Shown in pieces: positions 25,586-38,200 of a stretch of DNA of 64,000 nucleotides. The DNA is taken from assembly GCA_024704765.1 (NCBI GenBank), contig JAKMXF010000332.1, forward strand, positions 726,018 through 790,017, written 5' to 3'. Both the position numbers and the translations under genes were made by a program. Position 1 is the stretch's first letter, and each line of letters starts with the position of its first letter. This DNA is from Oopsacas minuta. Lineage: Eukaryota; Animalia; Porifera. Under the pieces are notes generated by a model that ran no database searches, was not told where the DNA came from, and saw nothing but the letters and a program-made list of their open reading frames with translations.

Positions 25586-26515
25586 CGAGGGTCAGTCCAA
25601 AAGTTTTGTCGTACACAAAAAGTATAATAACAAATTTAATCAAACTTTCACAGTTTCTCAAAGTAACGACCACAACAATCCATGCAAAGTTGCAAACGAT
25701 GAAACCAACTGTCGAAATAACTATGCCATTTTTCCTCTGGCAGGCTCCAAAGGGCTTGTTCAAATGCCAGACGAGCCTCTTCATGACTCTCATACCTTAT
25801 TCCACGGATCTTTTCATTGATTGTTGGGAACAAGAAAAAGTCGCATGGAGCTAAATCTGGACTGTAAGGTGGATGCGATACCAACTGGACCGAGTTTCAG
25901 CCAGGAAGTCCAATGTTTTGGCTGCTGTGTGTGCAGATGCATTATCGTGGTGAAGGAGAAGTCCTCTGATACCGGTCTTAGGGTGACGAGAACTCCAAGC
26001 TTCGAAAGCCTTGGGTAGGCAATTGTTAATGTACCAACCAGCATTGACGGTACGACGATCCTCGAGAGGAATTATTGCTACTGGGCCAGTCTTACAGAAA
26101 AAAGCAGTCACCATCTTCTTCCCAATGCTGCGAGCCCGGCGAACCTTAACAGGGGGATCTTCGCCAGGAAACACCTAGATTGAAGATTGCCGCTTTGTTT
26201 CCGGATCGTAGTGATAGATCCCTGTCTCACCACATGTTAGTATGTCGTAAACTCGTTTAGGCTCTCCTCCTTTAAATTTCTTGAGCATAAACTTGCACCA
26301 TTCTACCCTTGCCTCTAATTGCATTTCAGAGAGATTATGAGGATCCATCGGGCCGCAAGCCTTCTGACACCAAAATAATCATGTAGAATAGTATTGATGG
26401 CGGCTTTCCTGATCTTGAGGGTCTCAGCAAACTGCTCATAGTTAATGCGGCTATCCTCTCTGATTAATGTCTCAGCAGCAGCAATTGTCTCTGGAGTGAC
26501 GGCGGTTGATGGTCG
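25586..26515 (-). mobile_element. mariner 3' half (continuation of 17056-18264)
   Basis: Same TIR as at 17056 (29 nt identical); RPSTAVTPE..., LLHHDNASAH, HPPYSPDLAPCDFFLFP, GRYFEKL*. Confidence 0.9.
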
Positions 26516-27025
26516 TTGATGCATTCAGAACAATGGGATGTAACATGTCTCTAAAAATACACTATCTTCACTCACATTTGCAATTCTTTCCCGAAAATCT
26601 AGGTGCTGTGAGTAATGAACATGGTGAAAGATTTCATCAAGATATAACACAATGGAAAGGCGTTACAATGGAAAGTTTTTTTCAAACATGATGGTTGATT
26701 ATTGTTGGTCACTAAAAAGAGATATTCCTGATGCCACATACAAAAGAAAATCATATCCCAAGCATTTCTAATTAGTATAATAAATGCTAAACCAATTGAC
26801 AATTTTCATTGTAATTAAATCATAAGTATGCATTTGATTAGCCAAGCTGAAGAGATATATTTATAGGAATACACTGGGGCAATGATAAAATCAAAATATT
26901 GAATTTTTCAAAATCTTTGCCTCATAGAGAAAACTGATTGGATAATTGGAATCAGGGTGCTTGAATACATGAGAAACACTAGTGTATTCCAGAAGCAAAA
27001 AATGATGAAAATTTGTTGGATAGTG
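26516..27025 (+). mobile_element. Chapaev3 3' part (continuation of 18265-19976)
   Basis: VDAFRTMGCNMSLKIHYLHSHLQFFPENLGAVSNEHGERFHQDI; about 110 bp terminal repeat matching 19861-19976; TAGTG|TTA end. Confidence 0.85.
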
Positions 27026-27931
27026 TTATCGTCGACTTAATGCCAAAACCTACAAGGATTCTTATCCTTTACCCTACCAGACGAAGTATAAGAAAGAATC
27101 GAGGGTAGTAAAGTATTCTCAAATTGGGTCTTAAAATCGGTTACTGGCAGGTTCCACTACATTGTCATGATCGTGAAAGTCAGCGTTTTCTCCAGGTCCA
27201 GGAATGGGATTATATCAGTTTAATGTAATTCCATTTGGACTTACCAATGCTCCTGGAATATTTCAAAGAATGATGGATTCTGTTTTACGATGGCTGGAAG
27301 AATTTAGTTTCCATTTGTTGACGAGATTTTGATATTTTCGCCTGATGTTGCACAACGTCCAAATCATTTGTCTAGAGTTTTAAGAAGAATTCAAAAAGCT
27401 GGTTTAACCCTGCGAGGATCTAAATGTGAGGTTGAATATTTGGATCACGTATCTTTTCAAAAAGTGTTATGGCTCCGAACCCTTCCCAAATTTCGGCAAT
27501 CTGAGAATGGTCTCGTCCTCAATATTTCAAGGATGATCGTCAATTTCTTGGACTAGCCAACTATTACCGTCGTTTTGTGAGGAATTTTTCATATATTGGG
27601 AGTCCATTGAATCAGCTACTTCAGAAGAATACATCTTTTGATTGGGATTCAGAATGCGAGAACTTAAGTATTGTTTAGAGAACGCTCCAGTTCTAAGATG
27701 TCCATCTATTAATAAAGAATACTCATTGCATACAGATGCTTCAGGGGTTGGTATTGTAGCCATCTTGGAAGAGTGTGATAGACTTATCGCTTATTCGATT
27801 TGAACATTGAGTTGATGCAGAAAAGAAGTATTCAACAATTGAAAGCGAATGTTTGGCACTTGTGAATACATTGAAGAAGTTCAGACAATACCTATTGGGA
27901 AAACATTTTACGTTATGCTGTGACCATAGAT
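27026..27931 (+). mobile_element. Gypsy RT and RNase H (continuation of 19977-21927), degenerate, truncated by Buster
   Basis: RRLNAKTYKDSYPLP, GYWQV, PFGLTNAPGIFQRMMD, LHTDASGVG, YSTIESECLA, LLGKHFTLCCDH. Confidence 0.9.
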
Positions 27932-30370
27932 CAGGTGTTTTCAACCTTGTGCACCATACGCCCGTCTTATTGATGTGGGAAATACTCACGCCCCTCATAA
28001 TAACGATACCAAATTAAATATTAGAGCTTATACTTAATATGACATATAATCATACATACATAATTATGAATGAAATTTTCATTTATGTCCTTAATGTGAG
28101 GATTGAAACTGTTTTTTTTTCAACAAGTTGAGAAATCCTTGGCTCGGGTTTAAGAAAGAAATCATCTTAATTCATGTTCAACATCCAATCTAGTTCAATT
28201 TTCGTTTTAATTATTAGTAGACTGGAGAAACCTGTTTCACTTAAGTAGGTAGAAGGAAATGGTAGTAGTGCCTTAATTGCGATTTGTGATATCAATGGAT
28301 AGGTGTGTAACATGGAACACCAAAACTGTGGAACACTCATCGTTGAAAATACAACCTTTGCTCCCGAGTCATTAATCAAATTTATAAATTCCTCTTGGGC
28401 TTCATCCTGATCATCGGTAATACAATCTTCCACTTTTTGCATAAAAGGGTTTCGAACTAAATTATAGTCTGATTCCTAATTTCTGGGAAATATCGCGTAA
28501 AATCATCGTTCATAGCTTTGAGGTGTAAAATAATTGCATCTCTCAACTCTTCAGGTAATCGATGATCATGGATTTCAATCAAATTTGTGACCCTAGAAAA
28601 CATGCCCATTCTCCCATCTTCGATTTTCCTTATCCACAGGTCGAGCATACTTTGGAAAGCAGTTAGCTTCTCCACAAAATCCATAATGTAACTTTCTCTT
28701 CCTTGTAATGAAAGGTTGAGGATATTTAGCTTTTTGAAGATATCAGCGAGAGAAGAGAGGGTCAGGAGCCAAGAATTATCGTTAAATAGTGCTATAGTCT
28801 TCTTTATTTTGTATTTTGAAAAACTCATTAACTTCTACATGCAAATCAAGAAGACGCTTAAGTACATTTCCCTTTAACAACCAACGAACCTTTGTTTGGT
28901 ACAAACCGTTATGTGCGTCGCATCCCTATCAAGGCAAAGATTGCCGAAAAGCCGTGTATTCAGAGCAGTTGATTTAATGTAATTTACAATTTTGATGGAA
29001 ACTTGTAAAACACATTTCAGTGCATCTGACAAAGTCTTTGATGCCAATGCTTCTCTATGTATCATACAGTGATTTCCTGTAACATACGGTGCAGATTCTT
29101 TTATGTGCTTCATGAATCCCAAACGACAACCAAGCATTGCTGGAGCACCATCTGTGCAAATAGATAATAATTTTTCATATATAAGGCCTTCACGTTCGAT
29201 AAAGGAATTTAATTTATTGTAAATATCGATTCCACGTGTTTGCTAGTCAATTTGTTCACAAAATAAAAATTCATCTTTAAAATCCGATTTATAGATGTAC
29301 CGTACGAAAACAAGGAGTTGAGCACATGATGCACCATCTGTAGGCTAAACCATCCTGAGAGGGATTCTTTAATCTCTCCCACAACCTGATTCTTAATATC
29401 CTCAGAAAGATCCATAATTCGACGCTGCACAGTGTTATCGGACAAAGATATTTTATTAAGTTTTCTCTCTGCATCAGTGCAATCATAAGGCGTACAATGT
29501 CTTTTGTGCATGGAAGTATTAATTCTTCTCCAATTGTATGAAGTTTCTTTGCTTTTGTAATCCGTAATGATACAATATAAGATGCTTCTAGAGCTGATTT
29601 TGAACTAGTACGAAAATCACCAGTAGCATCGAGCTTAGTCCTCTTTACAGTGTTCACCTTTTGTTGAAAGAAAGAAAGAACTTTATCCTTATAATTGGAA
29701 TGTTCCTTTTCAAAATGTCTTATTTTAGCTGGAATGGTTTCATAGATTCAGCTGACAATACTTTGAAACAAATTACATATTGTGGCTTTACAATACCACG
29801 ACTGTTGATACTCTAAATCCAAGTTTTAAATAGTCTTCGGAATAAGTTCGCTTTTTAATGTTGCTTTTCCAGCCATCTTAGCAGTGGTTTTTGAAAGCTG
29901 GATTTTGTAAAAATTGAAGTACGAAGATAAAATGAGAAATATCAAAGGATATACGTAACAAAATATACCTAATTGGAGTATTTATAGATTTAACTTGTGA
30001 AATATCCATGTATAGTCAGTATGGAAATGATTCCTATTGTTTCCTACTGTTGATATTAAGTCTAGACACCTCAAGTTCTAATGGATAAGATGCCAGTATT
30101 GTCAGGAAATACACTAACAATGTCATATAAACGTAATTAAAACCATTGTACATGAACTGAAAGCACATTGCGCGCGTATATAGCATGTACATTGCACATA
30201 GCAATGCACACGCAATACACGCACAATGCATTTTAAATTCAGCTAAAAATTGATAATTTAAACAATTTTTGACTTATTAATAGGTAAATTTTAACGATGT
30301 TATATAAATTATCTGAACTTTTCGCGACCCACCTAGAAAGCCTTAGCGATCCCCAGGTTGAAAACACCTG
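27932..30370 (-). mobile_element. hAT Buster/Charlie-type transposon (BED finger plus FAM200/ZBED8-like transposase), frameshifted
   Basis: 16-bp TIR CAGGTGTTTTCAACCT at both ends; LEASYIVSLRI, LSDNTVQRRI, HCMIHREALA, PFPSTYLSETGFS. Confidence 0.92.
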
Positions 30371-30472
30371 ATCTAAATCAAATATATCACTTCTATCATG
30401 ATAAGTTTTCTTGTAACCAGAAACTTGTGTGCACATATTCATTGCTTCAAATTCATTTGGATGTACATTGGG

Positions 30473-30772
30473 TTAAACTACATCAGGAGTAAAAATTTGA
30501 ATTGGCTTATGATCACTAAAGTACGAATAATAAGACTTACACGAGGTTACAGAATAAGAAATTAACACATAGTCCACTGTTGCTATAATTATTTGAATAT
30601 CAGATTTCGCTCGGCAAAATCCTTTTGCTGAGCAGAATTGCAGAAGGTTTGTATAACATGGACATTCATCAGATACATCTACGTTAAAATCGCCTGTATT
30701 TATACATTTAGTCTCGATTCGTAATATAGACATATAGTATTGTACGTACATTGGCTTTATAAGTATATGCAC
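30473..30772 (-). pseudogene. C-terminal half of an apurinic-like (EEP) endonuclease, Helitron2/Helentron type
   Basis: GDFNVD, TVDYVL and YFSDHKPI motifs with a compact stop shortly after SDH. Confidence 0.65.
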
Positions 30773-32880
30773 GTTGTATATTCTGTTAAAAAGCCAGGTG
30801 CTGTGGATTCAAAATGGGGAAAATTTCATTGGCAAATTAGTAAATCAATTACATTTCATTAATTAGACTGATCAAGTATGGCTTCCTGGAATGTGCCAGG
30901 ACGGGATTGAGGGAAGTGGGGGCTTCAAGCCCAAATTATTGATTGCGCTTCATCAGAATTTGAATACACTGACATAATATCCTAACAAATTCATTAGAAA
31001 TTGTTTTGCTTCTAATTTCGAATTTAAAACTGTATTTAGGGCTAGCCATTATTATCCTAGTTCACTCAGCCTAATAAGAGCCCCAGATGCATAAGTCGTG
31101 AAAAGGTGGTTATCCAAAAGTTGAGGTCCAGTAGCTGAGCCGGTAATTCCTGATGGAGGATAATCCTCCATCTTGGTTCTAGGTAGGCACTCCAGTGGGG
31201 TCTAAGGAAGCAGCCCGAATAAGGTAAGGAATAATTTATACATATTAAATTAGTTACCTTTGTACCGTCACATGACTATCACACTCATGCACATCGCATT
31301 AAAGGAGCGCCCCTATTGATGATTCAGGAGCGGAAGGTGTAGGGCGCTCAATTTTCGAAGGTGCACGCTTCTGTTAATTCCAATAATTTACAAATTTTCA
31401 TCGGAGTTTTTTGTATAAATTTCAGTATTCTAGCTATAAAAGTGGAGGCTAAGACACTTTTGGAAAATTTCACAATCTAGTGAAATGGTTTGACGATGCA
31501 CGTTTAAGCAATTTTCCGAAAGTACGATGGTTAAATTCAATCCTGATAACTTAAAATACTTGCTATGTAAATAAGAAAAAATGAAAAGGAGCGGGATTGG
31601 AGATAATATAGGTAATTATGCGATTCCCCATATATGTTCTTTCGTATATATCGCTGTCTCTGGTCCAAAGTTTCAATAAACTATCATTGCCTTAATGTAT
31701 AAAATGATCTGTCGTAATATTTAAAGTTATCGAGTTATTGGTGAATATGTGGGTGCTAATCGAATCGAATCGAATCGATGCATTTATTGATTGGCATTAG
31801 TGTTAGGTATATTGAAATCACGGGAAATTTCCAGAATTATGTCAAGTTATTCAAATATCAGGTAATCTACAGTAGAAACAGAAGAGGTAGGGGTAAGAAT
31901 CGAACCGAGGTCAGCAGGTTATACGAAATGATCTTGGCAATAATACTAGTGAACACAATGGTCAACAACTACTGAATGCGACATAAAACCTCAAGCCCAC
32001 ATAAAAATAGCATGCAAAACTAATAACACAATAAGGAAGTATGTTCAATTAATCGAAACAAAATTCCCATCAACATGAAACCCAGAACAAAATACACAGG
32101 CTCTTTTATGATATACCGCAATATACTCAACACTAATATAGACGAAAATCTGTGCTCTAGTACAGTGCTTCTAAAACTTTACTATGTCGTCCCCCAAATT
32201 TCTTCATCATAATTCCACGACCTCTGCTTTGTAGCCTCATTTTTTAGTAAATATAAATTGCTATTATTATTGAATTATAAATATATCAGTGTTATCAATT
32301 AACTTACCTTCATCAGATCCCGAAATGTCTTGACAATCTGTATAGAGGCTATTATTCTTAGTTAGGTAAGTATCTAACTGTCCTCGCTTTCGTTTGGCCA
32401 TAAATATCTTTTTCAAAGATACCAAATTAATAACTAAAATGATAATAGATATTGGAAAGGGACGCATGCATCTGTCCGACTGAAGTATGCATTTGTCCGA
32501 CGAAAGTAAGGCCTAAATGAAGGAAACCGAAAGAAACTAGTGTTAGATAAGAGCCCTGGGCCCAGTATGAAGTGAGAATGAAAGTCAAAACCTGTGCAAC
32601 GAGAATACTAGTAACTAATGACGATAAATCTAAACCTGAGATTTGTAGTGTTGAAAATCTCATTAATCAGGGCGATATTTACAACTATTGCAGTCGAACT
32701 AGTTAAATGCGGTAATAGAAACGATAAAATCGACAGTAAATTTGAATAGAAATCCCGTGAAGTCAATTACACAGGAAAATGCGAAAATATCAGAATCCCC
32801 AATTTTCAACACGAATATTCAATAATACTATAAGTATTCCATCCTGAGAGCAATGTGAATTGAAATACTGAATCGACATA

Positions 32881-35231
32881 CAGGGTGCGATTCAAGTTCT
32901 GTCCCCAAATTCGAATACCCAAGCATTTATACATAACCAATGTATTAGTTTACATACAAGCTTATTTAAGTTATAACAACACTTTACTGTAAGGATCCTA
33001 ACTTAATTCCACCAAATAAACAGATTCTGAAAATATATTCCTGATTGAGCAAGAGAAGGGGGGAATTATTGAATTATTCAAAACCTGGATGACACACACA
33101 AATAATGAAATAGTTGAATTTCTTCGATAAAGGCGAAAGTTTGTACATCGTACCATTAGTAGGTGCAAGGAGACCAGAGAAGTGGTAGACAAGGCAAGAA
33201 TTGGTCATCGCGTTCAATAAGGACTCCACAACTCAAGAAAGAAGTGATGGAGCAAATTCGTCGAAATCCCACGTCGTTTGATGAGAAAAATGGCTCTAGA
33301 ACTCAAAGTTTCCGAATTTTCAATCCGAAAAGTTGTAAAACCGACTTAGGTATGGGATCTTACAAGAGAAAGAAAGTTCATTACTTAGCGAACAGTTAAA
33401 ATGAAAAGATTACTGAGATGTAAAGGGGAACTTGGTCGACACGCTAATAGTGATCTGGAAAATATGTTGTTTTCAGATGAGAAAATCTTCACAATCCACG
33501 AGGGTTCCAATAATCAAAATGACAGGATAATATCATCCATTACATGTAGCAATAAAGAAATGCTCAGATATGTCTCTCGGATGCAAAACCTCAGTCAGTG
33601 ATGGTTTGGGCTGGAATATCCGCTAGTGGGCGGACACCTTTGGTTTGTTCCCATATGGGGTTAACATCAATGCTTCTACCTACCTTGAGTTGATTTTAGG
33701 ACCGGTTGTGAAGAATATAGGCCAAGAGTGTTCAATGGGAGTTCCTTCGTCTTCCAACAAGATGAAGCCCCTGCCCATACCCAAAATGCGACTCAAAATT
33801 GGCTTCACAGGAATATCACAGGGTTTATCAACTGGGGTGTAGTGTGTGGGAAGCGGTGGGGAGCGGCGCTCCCCCATTACAAATTCACGGGGGGGAGGCG
33901 CTGCCTCACTTCAACTTGATTATTTTAATTTTATTATAATATGGTAGATTAAGTTTTCCGGAGTTGCCCTTCTTTCGTTCTTTAGTCAACTCCACTTAAT
34001 GGGGTAACATCTGCATCGAAGAAGGACAACATCATTTGTAATTATTTTATGGTATATTACTCGTAATGTGGATTACAACATGTTTCTTTGATGGAGTAAT
34101 AACTTTGTTTGGGGAATCTGCAATTGGTAGACTTTTGTATGTTTTGCCAAGGTTTCGTCTAGTCTGAGACTACACACATTCAAGCTATGAAATTTACACT
34201 GAGCATCCTTTCTTTTATATAAATACGAGTATATCCAAAACCGAAGTTGGAATTTGGCCCAAAAATGATGTCTCAATTTGACCCAAAATGTTAGCATGGG
34301 GGAGCCTGTTTTATAATGATTAATTAATTAATTAAGTATAATGAACACTTTTGTTTTCTAAATGGATATATAGAAACGAGGACGTGATAGGACAGTTTTT
34401 ATTGTATAAATTAGAAACCCTTTACCATTGGGAGGGGAATAGGGATTTAGTTCACTACCTTATTGGCCTGAGAATTTCATTTGTACTCGCTATTAACCTA
34501 CCTAGAGGCGGTGATGCGGACTCCAGGCAAATTTTGATCTGGGATGGAATTATAGTGAATCAATTATTGGAAACCGTTTTCATATTCGACTCTCAATTTA
34601 TTTTGTGTCAAATTCCAACATTTTTTGGGTCTAAATTCCTGCCTCCCCTTGTAAATCTAAATTCAAACAATAGTGTAGGGTCTATTGAGATATCCACAAA
34701 ATGTCCAAATGAAATAGTCGACTCATTCCAAACCATAAAGTAATGGACCAATTGCAAACCAGAAAATGTTCGACAAATTGCAACCATAGACTAGTCGACC
34801 AATTGCAAGCGCTTCCTATGTTTAACCAATTGTTGCGTAATATATTCTTTTATAAGCACTCCCTACTAGAAATTAGAGCAGCACACCCCTGTTTATCAGT
34901 AAAGCACCATGGCCTCCCTACAGCCCAGATCTAAGCCCCATTCTCGAAACAAATGCCTCTAGTAAATCTCACAAAACTATAGAGTCTTTGAAGAGATCTT
35001 TTCTAGCAGAATGGCAGAATATTCCCAAAAGGTCCAACGTGTTTCGGTAGGAGCTTTGCCAAACAGAATAATAGCCATAATTAAGAACAAAGGTGGAGAT
35101 ATTGAATAGCCATTCATAATTCGTATTGTAGTATAAGATATAATCTATATGAGAATTTCAATGGCAAAGAATGATAATTTACAATGTTATGAGTTATCAT
35201 ATTTGAGGCAGAACATTTAAATTGGACCCTG
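32881..35231 (+). mobile_element. DD37D (maT) element, degenerate, split by an insertion
   Basis: TIRs cagggtgcgattcaagttctgtcc / reverse cagggtccaatttaaatgttctgcc; LFSDEKIFT, MVWAGIS, FQQDEAPAHT...GFI|SKAPWPPYSPDLSP...KNKGGDIE*. Confidence 0.85.
33832..34891. mobile_element. Non-autonomous hAT-like insertion
   Basis: Flanks tttatcaa / tttatcag (7 of 8 identical); termini ctggggtgtagtg / gcagcacacccctg; removing it rejoins the maT frame. Confidence 0.65.
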
Positions 35232-38200
35232 TCTTTCTGGTATACTGGAGACACTTTGAGTACAAGTCATCTATCAATTATTAGTGACAAAATATCATAT
35301 GAATAACAATGCTTACTTCTGTCAGGCAATGCAAACTACAAAATTGGACAAATGCAGCTCCTCCATTAGCAAAGGTACAATCTATTTAAACAATTTCAAT
35401 TGTAGTCCTACTTATTCTTAACACAGGATGATTGTTGCATTTAACTTAACGCTCTAAAAAGGTTTTTCGTAAATCACTTTCCATAGCCATCTCGCGGACC
35501 ACAGTTTGAGTACCACTGCTCTAGTAGAGCTCGGCTCTAAATACATTAATCCTAATACATATTCGGGCTAAAGTATGCCATTTAAATACTATCGCCCCAT
35601 TGACTGAAATTACTGCAGATTGTAGTGGCTGAGTAATGAATAACAGAGAGGCCGGTTTCATAAAACTCCTAATGCATAATTAACCCTCAAATTGTTTGTG
35701 AATTCGAGTTATTTAGTGTGAAATTTATGAGGAATCAGTTCAAACTTTCTAAAAAATTCAAATAGCCGTCCTCCATCCTCGTTTAGGCGCATTCAAATCA
35801 TAAAATCAGAATCCAAATCTCATCGAAATTCAAAATATCATATTTCGTTGAATTTAGTCCTCTATTCATTCATACTGTATAATTAATTCAGTACATTTCT
35901 TTTGAATCGATTCTCTATGAGATTTTTGTTTCATTATTTTGTGTCATCCTACATTAAGATATCATTCTACTATAAAGCTATCGTTAAAATGGATTATCTA
36001 GAGTTTGAAGTGCATCAACAAATTTAAACAAGCATAAATTTGGAGAAAAATACATTACTTTTCTCACTCGTAAAATACGCCTAAACTTGTGAAGCATGGC
36101 CGTTGAACATTAGGTAATCTTACCTGATTCCATATTTTTTTCCCTAGATAATTGCAATCATAAACTTTGGAGGGCTAATTCAACATTTGCAAGATTTATA
36201 TAACTGGCCTCTCATTCATATGCCTTGCATGGGAACATTCCTATCTCTATTATATAGTAATTCTGTCGCAACTACTAGAGTTCCTAGATTGACTTGAAGT
36301 ACCCCTCGTCCAAGACCACCAATTTGTACCATTCCCATATTGTATAGAAGGCTAAGCTAGAACTTATCGAGCTAGTCTACTTCTAAGGAAGGAATTTGTT
36401 AGTTTAACTTGGTCAAAGATATTTACTTTTCAGTGTATTTCCACCATCAGCATTTTTCCAAACATAGTAATTCAACGTTTCGTTCTGAATGAATAAGTAT
36501 TTCGTTGTTATGGTGATGGATATTAACCTGTTTCTTGTAATCAGAATTTTGGCCGAATCTACAACAAAAATTTGATAATTTTGAAAACGTTTTTTCGCCC
36601 TTCGCAGGAAATATTTGATTCTGAAACTTGTTGTACCAATTCATGCGGTGAATCCTCAATGGCATTTATATGTAGGTTTTGATAGTACAATGAAAAATAT
36701 AATAGTTTAGAGCCGCCCAAGTGCGTTGAAGTGCTTTCCTTACATATATATGCCTGTGACTCATTAAACACGGTATCTTAATAATACATTCCATTAAATC
36801 TATTCATATCATCGATAATAGCGTGGATTTTGGGGTATTGAAGGGCAAAGCGGCATATACCGAATATATACTTGTGTTTAATCACTTCTTTTTGTTTCTA
36901 TTAACTGATAGCAGATGCTCGAGACTGAATACATTATATTCAAAGTATTAAAATAGAAATTCCACAAAACAAAATGAAATATATCACTACTAAATCGTCG
37001 ATTTGGCTAAGTATTGATAGTTTCTGAATTAGCTCATCTTATCACAACATTTTTCGATATATTATATTAGATTAAGGTGGAAAACTCTATGGAAACTAGA
37101 AATTTTCCAAGGGTCCCCCTTTTTGATACTATTTTTAAATCATGGGTTACCAATGTATATATATTGTATATTACCATACCTTATTAACAAATTATCTTAA
37201 ATCACGGTCAAATTGTGTCAATAGTGCTCCTAAATTTTGACGTTTCCAATCAATATTCTATCGATTTGCAGATATTAAAAGTAATCAAGAGTGTGATTCA
37301 TCGTGTAATTTAGCGCGCACTGAACTACCTTAGCGATGGATTCGCGTGCCTTATCCATGCGCTGAAAAATTTTACTACTAAACTCGACATTTTTTGCCAA
37401 CAACCAATTGAGGATTTTGTATCTTTCGTAATGTGCATAATAAACCACATAATTATATTACTACTTCCTAGAATTTCTTAGCAAACCTACTAGAGACTTC
37501 AGATATTACTGTTTATCTCTCGTCCCACAGAATACAACAACGCTTCAATACCAATTGCATGAACATTTGATCTACGTACTTTAGCCAAAATAGATAAATA
37601 GAGACAATCTCTATGAAACAAAACTAACAAAGAGAAAATACCGAAAATGACTCGAGCGAATGCTAAAGACGCAACTGTAAGGATTTACGTTCAGTTTACT
37701 AAAGAAGAAGTGGGAATTATCCTACTAACAATGGTAATATTTCTGTGATCGTGAGTGAGCCATTCAATGAGTTTACAACAGCCATAGGAAAGAGATCCTC
37801 CGAGTAATGCTGAATTCAGCCTCTTCGAAATTCTAGGATGTAGAGCCAAATCGATTCGTCAATCCCTCGACTACATGACACAGAACTATCCTTTGCAGTA
37901 AATTAAACAGACATTACTATTTATTCAATTGATCGATTACGTCACTTATTAACTTCTGCTCTCATAAAATCTCTGAGTTAATATTAGATCAGTATAGCTA
38001 CTCTTTTATTATTTATTATATTGAATTAATCTAACCCGTCACGAATTGACGAATTAATTTACCTCATGTCGAATATTCATATAGCAATTGGGAAATATGA
38101 AATCGGGTTCAGCATACTGAATTAAGATTATATAACATTTACGCAGTTTAGTGTAAGTATCAACGACTATTTTGAAAATTTCTTAATATGCAACAAATAA

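Noticed and set aside
31758-31778. (GAATC)n microsatellite
   Set aside because: Only about 4 units; unremarkable.
34073-34743. 130-aa plus-strand ORF and possible FLYWCH/MULE remnant
   Set aside because: Lies inside a non-autonomous insertion; no convincing motif on either strand.
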